From contig CAWBMP010000002.1 in the NCBI GenBank assembly GCA_963790025.1, forward strand, positions 128,001 to 192,000: a stretch of DNA of 64,000 nucleotides. Direction: 5' to 3'. Shown here piece by piece: positions 1-10,231 of this stretch (positions within the stretch are counted from its first letter, which is position 1; each line of letters starts with the position of its first letter). Below the pieces are notes generated by a model. The model had not been told where the DNA came from and ran no database searches. It worked only from the letters and a program-made list of their open reading frames with translations. Made by a program: the position numbers and the translations under genes. This stretch comes from Nitrospirota bacterium (GTDB lineage: Bacteria > Nitrospirota > Thermodesulfovibrionia > Thermodesulfovibrionales > Dissulfurispiraceae).

Positions 1-28
1 CTGCAGTGATATTACAGAGAGTAATGTC

Positions 29-2353
29 TTGGGCGCTATAGAAGGAACTGAGATAAAAAAAGTTAATTTTGACTCAAAAGATACTGTTCAGTTACTTCGT
101 TACCAGGATTCCCGACCAGTCCGTTACCCGGTTGCTGCCGACGATATCGCATCAATCATCTATACGTCGGGCACTACCGGAAAACCAAAAGGCGTGCTGC
201 TAACACACGGCAATTTCTGTTCCGATGCCGAAGCGTTAATCCAGACGAATCTTGTGACGCATGGCGATAACGCGCTGGCGGTCCTCCCTCTGCACCACAC
301 TTATCCGTTTATGTGCACCTTTCTGTTCCCCCTTTTCCTTGGTGCAACCATAACTTTCGGCGCCGGACTGAAAGCCCCCGATTTGCTGTCAGCAATAAAG
401 GAAAACGGCGTTACAGTGCTGGTCGGCGTGCCGAGGCTGTTTGATATGCTCAGAAACGGCATAGTGTCCAAAATCAGTGGGCGGGGTGTGCTGTCGGGCG
501 TACTTTTCGGAATGCTCAGGCTGTCGGGACTGCTCAGAAGGAGACTTGGTCTCAATATCGGAAAAATCGCTTTCGCCTCCATTCATAAAAATTTTCCGGC
601 AATAAAATTCTTTGCAAGTGGCGGAGCGCGCCTCGATCCAACGGTAATGAGCGACCTCGAGGCACTGGGCTTTACTGTGCTGGAAGGGTACGGATTGACC
701 GAAACGTCGCCGGTACTCACTTTTAACCCTATTGAGAAAAGGAAGCCGGGTTCAGCAGGAAAACCGCTGCCGGGCGTCGGAATAAAGATAGGGGACGACG
801 GCGAAATTATTGCCAAAGGGCCGATGGTAATGAAGGGATACTATAATAATGAAGAAGCTACCATTCAGGCCCTGAAGGATGGATGGCTGTTTACCGGAGA
901 CTTAGGCCATGTCGATCAAGAGGGCTATCTTTTTATTACGGGAAGAAAGAAAGAGGTCATTGTGCTGAGTTCCGGTAAAAACGTATATCCTGAAGAGGTT
1001 GAGACGGCGTATACGTCCATACCCCTGATAAAAGAGCTATGCGTTACAGGCAGTGAACGCGATGATGCAGTCCAGGCAGTAATAGTACCCGATTTCGAGT
1101 ATGCTCGACAGCACTCAATAGGAAGCATAAACGATGAACTCGGGTGGAAGATAAATGAGGTCTCTGCGCGGTTGCCCGAGTATATGAGGATCAGGGGGTA
1201 CATCCTTTCCTCAGAGCCGTTGCCCCGCACTCTGCTAGGCAAATTAAGGCGATTTATGGTTCAGGATTTATTTCGGAAGCAGCGGCAAGCTGAACAGGCC
1301 GGCCAAAAAGATGATGATCATCGGCTCATAGCAGACCCGGCAGGCAAAAAGGTCGCAGATTGCATTAGGGACCTGGTGGGTGACAATGCTGTCATCCATG
1401 CCTCCGACAATCTTGAACTCGACCTAGGCTTCGACTCCTTAAGAAAAATAGAACTGATAGCATCTCTGGAGAGCGTATTCGACACAGACCTTCCCGAGAC
1501 CTTTATTTCGGAAGCGCATACGGTGGCGGATGTAGTTGCCAAAATGAAAGAATATACAAAATCCCCCCCCCTGCCTTTGCCAAAGGAAGGGCAAGGTGGG
1601 CTTAAGGAAGAAGCCGGCACGGTATCGTGGCAAGCAATTCTTGACAAAGGACTGTCGCCGACAGATGCAAATAAAATCGGTTATGAGCACAGTCATTTTG
1701 ATCTTGCCCTCATTTATGTGGTGTTTATGGTGCTGAAGTTTTTATCCAAAATCCTGTTCAGGCTCAAAGTGGATGGTCTGGAACATATACCCGAAGAAGG
1801 CCCCTTTGTTATTACTCCAAATCATGCCAGCTATCTGGACGGTTTTATTATGGCAGTGTCTTTGCCTTTCAGCTCTTTCAGGAAGCTTTATTTTCTGGGA
1901 ATGAAGGAGTTCTTTACCGGAGGGATTAAGTCGTGGTTTGCACGCTTGAGCCACGTCATCCCCATCGATGCCGAGATGTACCTGAACAAGGCACTGCAAC
2001 TGTCTTCATATATCATGAAAAGCGGGCGCTCGCTCTGCGTATTTCCAGAAGGAGGCCGCTCATTTGACGGCAGTGTCATGCCGTTCAAAAAGGGCATCGG
2101 AGTGCTGGCGCTTGAGATAAATGTGCCGGTTATTCCAGCATACATCGATGGGACTTTCAGGGCGTTTCCGAGGGGGACTTATATTATACGGCCGATAAAG
2201 ATAAGGGTCGCATTCGGAGAAAAAATGCTGCCCTCAGGCATTTCAGAGGACAGCCATCCTGACCGTGACAAGTACCAGATGTTTGCCGATACCCTGAGAG
2301 AGAATGTCATCATGCTGTCAAGAAAATCAGGCAAAGGCAGAGGTATAGGTTAA
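29..2353 (+). CDS. Long-chain acyl-CoA/ACP synthetase + acyl carrier domain + PlsC acyltransferase fusion (Aas-like); 5' end probably outside window
   Basis: AMP-binding YTSGTTGKPKG and GYGLTE; phosphopantetheine site LGFDSL; acyltransferase NHASYLD and FPEGGRS; frame is open back to position 2. Confidence 0.9.
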   Translation: MGAIEGTEIKKVNFDSKDTVQLLRYQDSRPVRYPVAADDIASIIYTSGTTGKPKGVLLTHGNFCSDAEALIQTNLVTHGDNALAVLPLHHTYPFMCTFLFPLFLGATITFGAGLKAPDLLSAIKENGVTVLVGVPRLFDMLRNGIVSKISGRGVLSGVLFGMLRLSGLLRRRLGLNIGKIAFASIHKNFPAIKFFASGGARLDPTVMSDLEALGFTVLEGYGLTETSPVLTFNPIEKRKPGSAGKPLPGVGIKIGDDGEIIAKGPMVMKGYYNNEEATIQALKDGWLFTGDLGHVDQEGYLFITGRKKEVIVLSSGKNVYPEEVETAYTSIPLIKELCVTGSERDDAVQAVIVPDFEYARQHSIGSINDELGWKINEVSARLPEYMRIRGYILSSEPLPRTLLGKLRRFMVQDLFRKQRQAEQAGQKDDDHRLIADPAGKKVADCIRDLVGDNAVIHASDNLELDLGFDSLRKIELIASLESVFDTDLPETFISEAHTVADVVAKMKEYTKSPPLPLPKEGQGGLKEEAGTVSWQAILDKGLSPTDANKIGYEHSHFDLALIYVVFMVLKFLSKILFRLKVDGLEHIPEEGPFVITPNHASYLDGFIMAVSLPFSSFRKLYFLGMKEFFTGGIKSWFARLSHVIPIDAEMYLNKALQLSSYIMKSGRSLCVFPEGGRSFDGSVMPFKKGIGVLALEINVPVIPAYIDGTFRAFPRGTYIIRPIKIRVAFGEKMLPSGISEDSHPDRDKYQMFADTLRENVIMLSRKSGKGRGIG
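1558..1603. repeat. REP-like C-run/G-run palindromic insert, in frame in the interdomain linker
   Basis: aaaatcccccccctgcctttgccaaaggaagggcaaggtggg with core CCTTTGCCAAAGG; translates as KSPPLPLPKEGQGG. Confidence 0.5.
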
Positions 2354-2377
2354 GAAAAAGAAAAAAACCTTTGCCTG
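2328..2377. repeat. Degenerate hexamer (AGGYAW) inverted repeat overlapping a stop codon
   Basis: aggcaaaggcagaggtataggtt ... aacctttgcct. Confidence 0.6.
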
Positions 2378-2480
2378 TCCAGTTAGCCAAAAGCACTATA
2401 TATATGTTAAATTTAACGTATATTTACAAATTAAGGCTGTCCCGTTTGCGGGCTAACCGACTCATTATTGAGGTGATATT

Positions 2481-2834
2481 GTGGCTGATTTCAAATATAA
2501 GGACTATACTCCGGAAGAGAGCGCGCTTTATGATGCCGCTATGATAAAGATAAGAGAAGGAATGAAAAACGGGCTAAGCTTCAGCGAGGCCTGCAGCGTT
2601 ATCGATGTACAGGACCCTGACCTGAAACACTTTATTGCAGACGATGCCCTTAAAGTGATGATTGCCGAGATGCATTACGAGAAGGGAATTCCCCTGCAGC
2701 AGGTAGCGGATACTTTGAAAGTACCTTTAAAACAGCTGAATACCGCAAACATGGAGATGCTTGAGGATGTCGGGACAACTGCAGCTGCGATGTACCGGGA
2801 AAGCGATCCCGATGGCCCGATTGGCAATGCCTAG
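2481..2834 (+). CDS. Hypothetical protein (117 aa, possible helix-turn-helix)
   Basis: GTG start with GAGGTG RBS; first gene of the run with grx and ftr. Confidence 0.75.
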   Translation: MADFKYKDYTPEESALYDAAMIKIREGMKNGLSFSEACSVIDVQDPDLKHFIADDALKVMIAEMHYEKGIPLQQVADTLKVPLKQLNTANMEMLEDVGTTAAAMYRESDPDGPIGNA

Positions 2835-2842
2835 GAGAGCCG

Positions 2843-3103
2843 GTGGAGGAACAAAAAAAGAAAGTTAGAGTATACGCGTTGAGCACTTGCCCCGCGTGCA
2901 ATAAGGTGAAGCGGTTCCTCGATACTCACGGAATCATCTATGAATGCATCGAAGTGGACCTGCTTGAGAGCAGTGAGCAGTGGCTGGTATCAAAAGAATT
3001 GAAAAAATATAATCCCATGGCTACTTATCCTACCGTTGTGATCGAAGAGGTGATTACAGGCCCCGATGAGAAAAAATTGAGCGAGGCGCTTGGGGCCGCA
3101 TGA
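2843..3103 (+). CDS. Glutaredoxin/NrdH-like redoxin
   Basis: YALSTCPAC active site; TYPTVV cis-Pro motif. Confidence 0.88.
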   Translation: MEEQKKKVRVYALSTCPACNKVKRFLDTHGIIYECIEVDLLESSEQWLVSKELKKYNPMATYPTVVIEEVITGPDEKKLSEALGAA

Positions 3104-3423
3104 CACCTGAAAGCCTTTACCCGGTACTGCAGAAATATGCCGCATCTCAGGGGATAGAGCTTAATAATGACAGGGGTTTTGTTTTGGACATACTGGGAGG
3201 ACTCCTTAAAAATGAAGCCCGGTACGGGTACCGTTCTTGTCCATGCCGTCTGGCTTCGGGTATAAGGGAAAAGGATGCCGATATAATCTGTCCCTGTGTT
3301 TACAGGGGACCGGATATTGAAGAGTACGGGAGTTGCTATTGCGGGCTCTATGTATCAACCCAATGGAATGATGGGAGCACAGAGCATGGATATGTGCCGG
3401 AGAGACGGCCAATCAGTGAATGA
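3100..3423 (+). CDS. Ferredoxin:thioredoxin reductase catalytic subunit
   Basis: CPC...CPC...CYC signature; ATGA overlap with the grx stop. Confidence 0.92.
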   Translation: MTPESLYPVLQKYAASQGIELNNDRGFVLDILGGLLKNEARYGYRSCPCRLASGIREKDADIICPCVYRGPDIEEYGSCYCGLYVSTQWNDGSTEHGYVPERRPISE

Positions 3424-3513
3424 GTGAATGAGTGGATGAGTAAATGGGTAAGTGAGTGGATGAGTTAAATGGTGTTTTACTCATTCAACCATATACACAT
3501 TTACTCATTCACT
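3415..3513. repeat. Degenerate octamer (TGAGTGRA) inverted repeat hairpin
   Basis: Terminal 11-bp IR AGTGAATGAGT / ACTCATTCACT; tandem 8-mers in each arm. Confidence 0.8.
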
Positions 3514-3534
3514 AAAAAAGGGAGGTAATTTTAT

Positions 3535-3906
3535 ATGATGTTTAGCGATGTTTTGACTTTGGAGCAGATAAAAAAAGAACCGTTTGTTATAGAACACATA
3601 CTGTGGGACCTCCAGCCGAAGGATTTGATGGAGCCGCGTGCCAAAGTGACGGCCGAAGGGACGAAATTAAGGGACCAGATCAAAGGTTATATATTCTATA
3701 TAGACACAACGGATAAGAAACCGGTTCTTTTTTTGATGCGCCACACTTCAGCCGATTTTGCAGAAACGCTGGCAAAAATTGACGAAATTCCCGGGGAGAT
3801 GCTGGAGGGAGCGATAGTGGAGAACAAAGATAAAGAATATTTCAAGATGTACCCCATTAACAGCCAGATAGAGGCCTGGCTGAAGAAAGAGTTGGGGATC
3901 AAATAG
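3535..3906 (+). CDS. DVU0772-like hypothetical protein
   Basis: GGGAGGT RBS; WDL.P, YIFYID, PVLFL and YPIN..I..WL..EL pattern recalled for the DVU0772 family. Confidence 0.6.
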   Translation: MMFSDVLTLEQIKKEPFVIEHILWDLQPKDLMEPRAKVTAEGTKLRDQIKGYIFYIDTTDKKPVLFLMRHTSADFAETLAKIDEIPGEMLEGAIVENKDKEYFKMYPINSQIEAWLKKELGIK

Positions 3907-4005
3907 CAAAGGTGGAGGCATAGGTAAAGGCAAAGCAAAAAGTCCACAGCAGAGATTTTGCCTTTGCTTCTGCCTTTGCCTCTACCTCTACCTTTACCTT
4001 TGCCT
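3906..4005. repeat. Degenerate hexamer inverted repeat hairpin
   Basis: aggtggaggcataggtaaaggcaaagc ... gcctttgcttctgcctttgcctctacctctacctttacctttgcct. Confidence 0.8.
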
Positions 4006-4077
4006 GCGGTATTATTGTTAACTGAAAGATAACATTCCTGTAATATACCGGTAACGTTCTTTTGCTATTAATATTAC

Positions 4078-6522
4078 ATGGCTAAATTTTACAAGGCCGA
4101 TCTTCATGTACATTCGAGCCATTCCAACAAGCCCGCCATCTGGGCGCTCAGAAAGTTCAATTGTCCCGAAAGCTACACATCTCCAATGTACATTTATAAT
4201 ACCGCCAGGAAGAAGGAGATGGATTATGTGACCATAACAGACCATAACTCCATAAACGGCGCCCTCGAAATAGCCCATCTCCCCGGTGCCTTCATAAGCA
4301 CCGAAATAACGACGTACCTCCCCGACGACGGTAGCAAACTGCATACAGTCGTCCTGGACATTAATAAAGACATTTTTAACGACCTGATGCATTTGAGGAA
4401 GAATATTTATGACCTCGTAGGATACCTCCAGCAGCACAATATCGTGCATTATATTGCCCACCCTCTTTACGACATGAACGGGCGGGTTTCAGTTGTAACG
4501 ATAGAAAAGCTTCTCCTTCTGTTTGAGGTATTTGAGACTAAAAACGGCTCGAGGGCCAAACGCTACGGAAGATTGATTGCCAACGTGCTCTCATCGCTTA
4601 CGCCGGAGAAGATGGAACAACTTGCAAATAAACACGGCATCGTCCCCTACGGCAAAACACCCTGGATAAAGTCTGTTGTTGCCGGGTCCGACGATCACAG
4701 CGGTTTCTTTATTGGAAGGGCCCACACTGTCTCGAAAAACGGCGAGACCCTTAAAGATTTTGTCATGTCGATCAAAGAGCAAAAGACATGGGCCGCCGGT
4801 GACGACGGCGATGCGCTGACCCTCGCCCACAGCATTTACGGTGTAGGATACCGCTTCTTCAAGGAACGCCTTGAAACGAAGAAAGGTAATTCCTTTCCCT
4901 TTATCACCGCGCTGTTAAACAGGGTGTTCAGCGGGGACCAGGGTAAATCATCGCTTTTCGATAAGATCAATCTTCTTATCAGAAAGAACATCCCCGAGTT
5001 GTATAGCGGGTATGACGGCAAGACATTTGAAGAAATCCTCGACCGTGAGGCCAGACTATTGCTGAACGATGCCAAATTCCTGCAAACCATCAGCTCGGGC
5101 AGCATAAACAGGAAGGTGTTTACTGTGACAAGCTATCTTGCAAACAGGCTGATATACATATACACCGAGCGATTGACCAAAATACATCTGTCAAATGGCA
5201 TACTTAGTATCGCAAATTCGTTGAGTACCATAGGCTTCGTTCATCTCCTCGCCTCTCCTTATTATGTTTCCTTCCATCACCAGCACAGAAGCAAGCAGTT
5301 GATGAAGTCCCTTGAAGAGGCGTTCCTGCCGGGCGGCAAATCCGGAGCAAAACAGAAGATCGCACTCTTTACCGATACGCTTCATGAAATAAACGGCGTT
5401 GCCATTACAATAAAACGACTTCTCGAGACAGCAAGAAAGCAGGGCATAGAGTTCGTGGTCATCACTTCGACCCATGAGGAAACAGGCCACAAAGAAGGCG
5501 TAATGAACTTTAAATCGATCGGCGACTTCGCGCTCCCCGAATATCCGGACCTCAAACTCCACTTCCCTCCTATTCTCGATATCATCGATTACTTCGAAAG
5601 GGAAGAATTCACCAGAATACATGTGAGCACGCCGGGCACGCTCGGGCTCCTCTCCCTTTTCATTGCCAAGCTTATGGATATTCCGATATCCGGCACCTAT
5701 CACACCGACATCCCCCAATACGTGAAGAGTCTCACCAATGATACCTTTCTGGAGAATGTTGCCTGGAATTACATGATATGGTTTTACAATCTTCTTGAAG
5801 AGGTGATGGTCCCCTCTTCAAGCACCAGACAGCAGCTCATACAAAACGGGCTCGATGCCGGAAAAGCGAAACCGCTGCCCAGATGGGTAGATACTGATAT
5901 TTTTTCTCCTGCAAAGAAAGATCCTTACCTCTGGCGCAGATACGGGTTGGATGATTCGGTCAAATTCCTTTATGTGGGACGGGTTTCACGAGAGAAGAAT
6001 CTCGAGGTCCTGGCCCGGTCTTTTATGGCTGTTATTGATGCCGGAAATATTTGCGATCTCATTGTTGCAGGTGACGGCCCTTACAGAAAAGAGCTTGAAG
6101 AACTGCTGGAAGGTTATCCGGTGCTGTTCACCGGTTTTTTGTCTGGTGAAGAATTGCATGCCACATATGCGTCATCTGATGTCTTTCTTTTTCCGAGCAC
6201 TACGGACACCTTCGGCAATGTCGTGCTTGAGGCACAGGCATCCGGCCTGCCTGTTATTGTATCCGACGAAGGGGGACCGAAAGAGCTGATAGTAAATGGC
6301 AAAACGGGTCTGGTCGTAAAGGCCCACAGCAGCCAGGCGCTGATTAATGCCATGACCTTCTTCGTGAACGACAGACGCAGTATATCCCAAATGGGGATGG
6401 AAGCGCGCTATTTCACCGAAACTAACGGAATCCATGCCGACGAAGCATACTGTACTATTCTGCGGAGCAATATCATGAACGAAGAGTCATGTCCTGCACA
6501 AGAAAGCCGGGTATGGGTATAA
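4078..6522 (+). CDS. PHP-domain + GT4 glycosyltransferase fusion
   Basis: N-terminal DLHVHS, ITDHN, AHP, GSDDH (PHP); C-terminal YVGRVSREKN and DTFGNVVLEAQASG (GT4). Confidence 0.9.
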   Translation: MAKFYKADLHVHSSHSNKPAIWALRKFNCPESYTSPMYIYNTARKKEMDYVTITDHNSINGALEIAHLPGAFISTEITTYLPDDGSKLHTVVLDINKDIFNDLMHLRKNIYDLVGYLQQHNIVHYIAHPLYDMNGRVSVVTIEKLLLLFEVFETKNGSRAKRYGRLIANVLSSLTPEKMEQLANKHGIVPYGKTPWIKSVVAGSDDHSGFFIGRAHTVSKNGETLKDFVMSIKEQKTWAAGDDGDALTLAHSIYGVGYRFFKERLETKKGNSFPFITALLNRVFSGDQGKSSLFDKINLLIRKNIPELYSGYDGKTFEEILDREARLLLNDAKFLQTISSGSINRKVFTVTSYLANRLIYIYTERLTKIHLSNGILSIANSLSTIGFVHLLASPYYVSFHHQHRSKQLMKSLEEAFLPGGKSGAKQKIALFTDTLHEINGVAITIKRLLETARKQGIEFVVITSTHEETGHKEGVMNFKSIGDFALPEYPDLKLHFPPILDIIDYFEREEFTRIHVSTPGTLGLLSLFIAKLMDIPISGTYHTDIPQYVKSLTNDTFLENVAWNYMIWFYNLLEEVMVPSSSTRQQLIQNGLDAGKAKPLPRWVDTDIFSPAKKDPYLWRRYGLDDSVKFLYVGRVSREKNLEVLARSFMAVIDAGNICDLIVAGDGPYRKELEELLEGYPVLFTGFLSGEELHATYASSDVFLFPSTTDTFGNVVLEAQASGLPVIVSDEGGPKELIVNGKTGLVVKAHSSQALINAMTFFVNDRRSISQMGMEARYFTETNGIHADEAYCTILRSNIMNEESCPAQESRVWV

Positions 6523-7760
6523 GACATATTCTTTTCCCGCTTCTGGGCAAAAGGGTGCCCGGGCAAGTTATCATCCAGTATACCGACAAATGTAATGCAC
6601 GATGTCCCCAGTGCGGCATGAGAGTTACGGAACTGTTCAGACGCTCGACACTTGAGCGCGATACAGTCAAAAAAATGATAGACCATGCTGCAGATAACGG
6701 TGTTAATGCCCTTTCCTTCACCGGGGGAGAGCCGTTTCTCTTCTTTGATGACATTATGGAACTTGTCAGGTATGCGGGCGATGCCGGAATAAAATACACG
6801 AGGACCGGCACCAATGGTTTTATGTTTATGCATTCCGACAGACCTGACTTCAAATCACGGATAAGGCGGATTGCCGAGGGCATTGCCGCAGCGGGGCTCT
6901 ATACGTTTTGGATAAGCGTCGATTCCGCCGTACCTCTTTTGCATGAACAAATGCGGGGACTCCCGGGAGTTATTGAGGGCATAGAAAAGGCGCTGCCTAT
7001 ATTTAGCGAATATGGGATCTATCCTTCCGCCAACCTCGGCATAAACAGGAATACCGGCGGAGTTTTTCAACCGGCAGCAGCAGAAGCAAGCTCCGAACAG
7101 CTTTACGACTCATTTAAAAAAGCGTTTGAAAAATTTTACAGTGCTGTAATCGATCTGGGATTTACAATAGTCAATGCCTGTTATCCCATGAGCATTGGCG
7201 CGGATGAAGCAGGCGAGCTGAATGCAGTATATGGAGCAACCTCCGCGGCCTCGCTCATACAGTTCAACAGGCGGGAGCGTGCCATTGTATTCAAGGCACT
7301 TTTTGATACTATACCGGCTTACAGATCAAAGGTGCGGATATTCTCGCCGAAGACCTCTCTTTATTCACTTGTCAGGCAATATACAGCAGATGAGGCATAC
7401 AGCTATTCCTGCCGGGGCGGTATTGAATTCTTTTTTGTCAACGCAAGTGACGGCAATACCTATCCATGCGGCTACCGGGGGACAGACAATCTGGGCAAAT
7501 TCTGGGAGCTTGACTTCGGGAAGCTCGATAAAAAAACTGAATGCAGAAGATGTGACTGGGAGTGCTTCAGGGACCCGTCTGAACTGTTCGGCCCTCTGCT
7601 TTCGCTTTTCGGTAATCCGGCATTCTTTTTCAAACGTGTTATCACGGATACATCGTATGTTAAGTTATGGATCGAGGACCTTCGATATTTTGCCGCCTGC
7701 AATTTCTTCGATGGAAGAAGCGCACCGGATTATAAAAAAATGTCAGGTTTTGGACTATAA
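6513..7760 (+). CDS. Radical SAM protein with SPASM-like C-terminus
   Basis: CNARCPQC, FTGGEP, C-terminal CRGG..PCGY..CRRCDWEC; ATG at 6513 overlaps the upstream gene end. Confidence 0.88.
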   Translation: MGIRHILFPLLGKRVPGQVIIQYTDKCNARCPQCGMRVTELFRRSTLERDTVKKMIDHAADNGVNALSFTGGEPFLFFDDIMELVRYAGDAGIKYTRTGTNGFMFMHSDRPDFKSRIRRIAEGIAAAGLYTFWISVDSAVPLLHEQMRGLPGVIEGIEKALPIFSEYGIYPSANLGINRNTGGVFQPAAAEASSEQLYDSFKKAFEKFYSAVIDLGFTIVNACYPMSIGADEAGELNAVYGATSAASLIQFNRRERAIVFKALFDTIPAYRSKVRIFSPKTSLYSLVRQYTADEAYSYSCRGGIEFFFVNASDGNTYPCGYRGTDNLGKFWELDFGKLDKKTECRRCDWECFRDPSELFGPLLSLFGNPAFFFKRVITDTSYVKLWIEDLRYFAACNFFDGRSAPDYKKMSGFGL

Positions 7761-7767
7761 CTTGGGA

Positions 7768-8451
7768 GTGCACGCATTCTCATCGAAATACATGTATTCG
7801 TTTTGTGCCTTTTTATTGGTCTTTACATTGTCGCCTGCTGCAAAGGCTGCGGACGGCCGCGACATTGCGGTCGGTTTTGACGGCGCGGTAGAAAACAACG
7901 GCATACCCAGGGCGTGGAAACTCACCATTAATTCAGGGCACGCAGATGCGGACGTTGTCAACAGGAACAATATGAACATTCTGCACATCAAGTGCATAGA
8001 TTCCTCATTTTCTTTAGAGCATATAGTGCCGGTTGATCCGGCTGATTACAACTCTATCATCTGGACTTGGAAAGCGGTACGGCTGCCGGAATCCGGTGAT
8101 GTACGCAAAAAAAGGCGCAACGATCAGGCTCTCCAACTGCTCGTCGGTTTTGAAAATAAAAAAGTACTCAGTTATGTCTGGGACACCAACGCCCCGGAAG
8201 GGACTGTAGCTCATGAGCACGTCATGTGGCCGATCAGCGTGTCGATTGCAGTTATCGTAGTGGAGTCGGGTGCCGCCAACCTGGGTAAATGGGTGACCCA
8301 GACTAGAAATATCTACGAGGATTACGAGAAATTTTTCAACGAACAGCCCCCTCGCGTCAAGGGTGTGAGGGTCCAGTCGAATACGCAGCATACAAGGGAT
8401 ACCGCCGAAGGATATGTGCGGGACATTATTTTCAGCAGATCGTCGCAGTAG
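7768..8451 (+). CDS. DUF3047-like exported protein (start 7768 GTG or 7792 ATG)
   Basis: Signal peptide ending AKA; W.WK...LP..GD.R, LSYVWD, W....RNIYEDY..FF motifs; the upstream part of ORF 7222 overlaps the radical SAM gene and is taken as spurious. Confidence 0.75.
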   Translation: MHAFSSKYMYSFCAFLLVFTLSPAAKAADGRDIAVGFDGAVENNGIPRAWKLTINSGHADADVVNRNNMNILHIKCIDSSFSLEHIVPVDPADYNSIIWTWKAVRLPESGDVRKKRRNDQALQLLVGFENKKVLSYVWDTNAPEGTVAHEHVMWPISVSIAVIVVESGAANLGKWVTQTRNIYEDYEKFFNEQPPRVKGVRVQSNTQHTRDTAEGYVRDIIFSRSSQ

Positions 8452-8542
8452 AACACGACATAGCCGTTGACTTTTTTATTCCGTTCAATAACAATTAGCT
8501 GATGAAACTCTGCATTCCCGTCACATTTGCAGCCTGACAGTC

Positions 8543-10231
8543 ATGAAAAGAAACATACAGTTCTTAGTCATTTTCGTGCTGACAGTGCTCACTGTCCTGC
8601 TGCTGTATGCATTCCGCAGTATGGATGACAACCGGCTGACGAGCTGGGAATCTGTATTCGGCGCAGTAAGCATTGTCCGTATAATCGCCCTCCTCGTGCC
8701 CGGCGGCATTCTGGCTTTTATGCTTTCAAAAAGTCCGCTGCCGGAGCGTTACCCCGTACTTTTTCTTTTCGTCGTGTCTTTTGCCGCTGCTGCCCTGCTC
8801 TGGAAAGAGCCGGAAATGAACGTAGATGCCTCACGGTATTTCACACAGGCCAAACATCTTGAACTCTATGGGGCCGGCTACTTCCTGGGAGAATGGGGAA
8901 AGACTATCGGGGCCTGGACAGACCTGCCGTTAATTCCTTTTATCTTTGGGCTTGCCTTCAGATGCCTGGGCGAAGCTAGAATATGTGTCCAGGTGATTAC
9001 AACACTCCTCTTTTCGTTCACCGTTGTGCTCACCTGTCTGATCGGCAAAACTCTCTGGGACAGGGAAACCGGTTTCTATGGCGGCATGTTCCTGCTCGGC
9101 ATCCCCTATCTTTTAACACAGGTGCCGCTTATGCTTGTGGATACTTCGACAATGTTCTTCTTCGCCCTTGCCGTATTTGTGTTTATTAGAGCGCTCGATC
9201 GGGGGGGGGGCTGGGTCCCGGCCTCATCCGCAGCCCTGTTTCTGGTCATTTTTTCCAAATATTCAGCGTGGCTGATGCTCTCTTTATTTATTATTATTGC
9301 GGCAGTGCGACTGTTTCAGGCTTACCGTACGCCTGGTGAGGTCCCGCTCAAGGGCTGCTGCTTCCGCATCATTGTCCCGTTCCTGACTGCTGCGCTTGCC
9401 GCCGGAGCCGTAATGCTCTTCAGATATGATGTCATCTCCTCAAACATAGAACTCCTTTTTTCTTTTCAAAGACCGGGGCTCAGAAGATGGGGAGAAAGCT
9501 TTGTCTCCACATTCCTGTTTCAGGTGCATCCATTTATTACCGCAGCCGCAGTTCTCTCCTTTTACAGTGCCTGGAGAAAAAGGGACCCTAAGCACCTGAT
9601 CATAAGCTGGCTCATAGTGCTCATCATCGCGCTCAGGATCGAACGGATACGCTATACAATAATCGCATTCCCCATGCTTTCTCTCATGGCCGCATACGGG
9701 CTCAATACCATTAAGGACAGAGGACTGAAAAGGTGCGTCGCTTTTTCGGCAGCAAGCTGTTCACTCATCCTCGCGGTTTTTGCCTATCTTCCCTTTCTGC
9801 AACAGACAAGCGCTCAGAATTTGAAAAATTCCGGGGCATTCCTCAATACTCTTCCTGGAAAAGACATCGAAGTAGTGACACTCCCCCGAAAAGACGACGA
9901 AGTCAATATAGCTGTTTTCGTACCTCTCCTCGATATTTTTACCGACAAGAAAATTCATTACGACTATGATCTTGACTATGCTCCACCGCCTGCAGAAATT
10001 GCGGTGTCTCCATTCCGCTTCAGCTGGATATATAGAAACCCGGCATATTATGCTGAAAATTATAGTGACATGGCTTATTCCTATGCCGCTGTTACAGTCA
10101 TTGCAGGAGAGCCGATATCCGCGCTTCCCGAAGAAGTCGCGTGGAAGGTGAGAAAATTCAGAAACTCAAAGTCCTTCTCTGTCCAGGATGATGTTTTCGA
10201 TCACCAGACGCTGGTCATTGTATATTACTAA
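8543..10231 (+). CDS. ArnT/PMT-like (GT-C, family 39) membrane glycosyltransferase
   Basis: Many TM segments; D..RYF loop, LP.IP, LMLVD, SKY and RY motifs. Confidence 0.78.
   Translation: MKRNIQFLVIFVLTVLTVLLLYAFRSMDDNRLTSWESVFGAVSIVRIIALLVPGGILAFMLSKSPLPERYPVLFLFVVSFAAAALLWKEPEMNVDASRYFTQAKHLELYGAGYFLGEWGKTIGAWTDLPLIPFIFGLAFRCLGEARICVQVITTLLFSFTVVLTCLIGKTLWDRETGFYGGMFLLGIPYLLTQVPLMLVDTSTMFFFALAVFVFIRALDRGGGWVPASSAALFLVIFSKYSAWLMLSLFIIIAAVRLFQAYRTPGEVPLKGCCFRIIVPFLTAALAAGAVMLFRYDVISSNIELLFSFQRPGLRRWGESFVSTFLFQVHPFITAAAVLSFYSAWRKRDPKHLIISWLIVLIIALRIERIRYTIIAFPMLSLMAAYGLNTIKDRGLKRCVAFSAASCSLILAVFAYLPFLQQTSAQNLKNSGAFLNTLPGKDIEVVTLPRKDDEVNIAVFVPLLDIFTDKKIHYDYDLDYAPPPAEIAVSPFRFSWIYRNPAYYAENYSDMAYSYAAVTVIAGEPISALPEEVAWKVRKFRNSKSFSVQDDVFDHQTLVIVYY

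Noticed and set aside
7222..7767. N-terminal extension of the 409-aa ORF
   Set aside because: Overlaps the radical SAM gene in another frame; the signal peptide indicates a start near 7768-7792.
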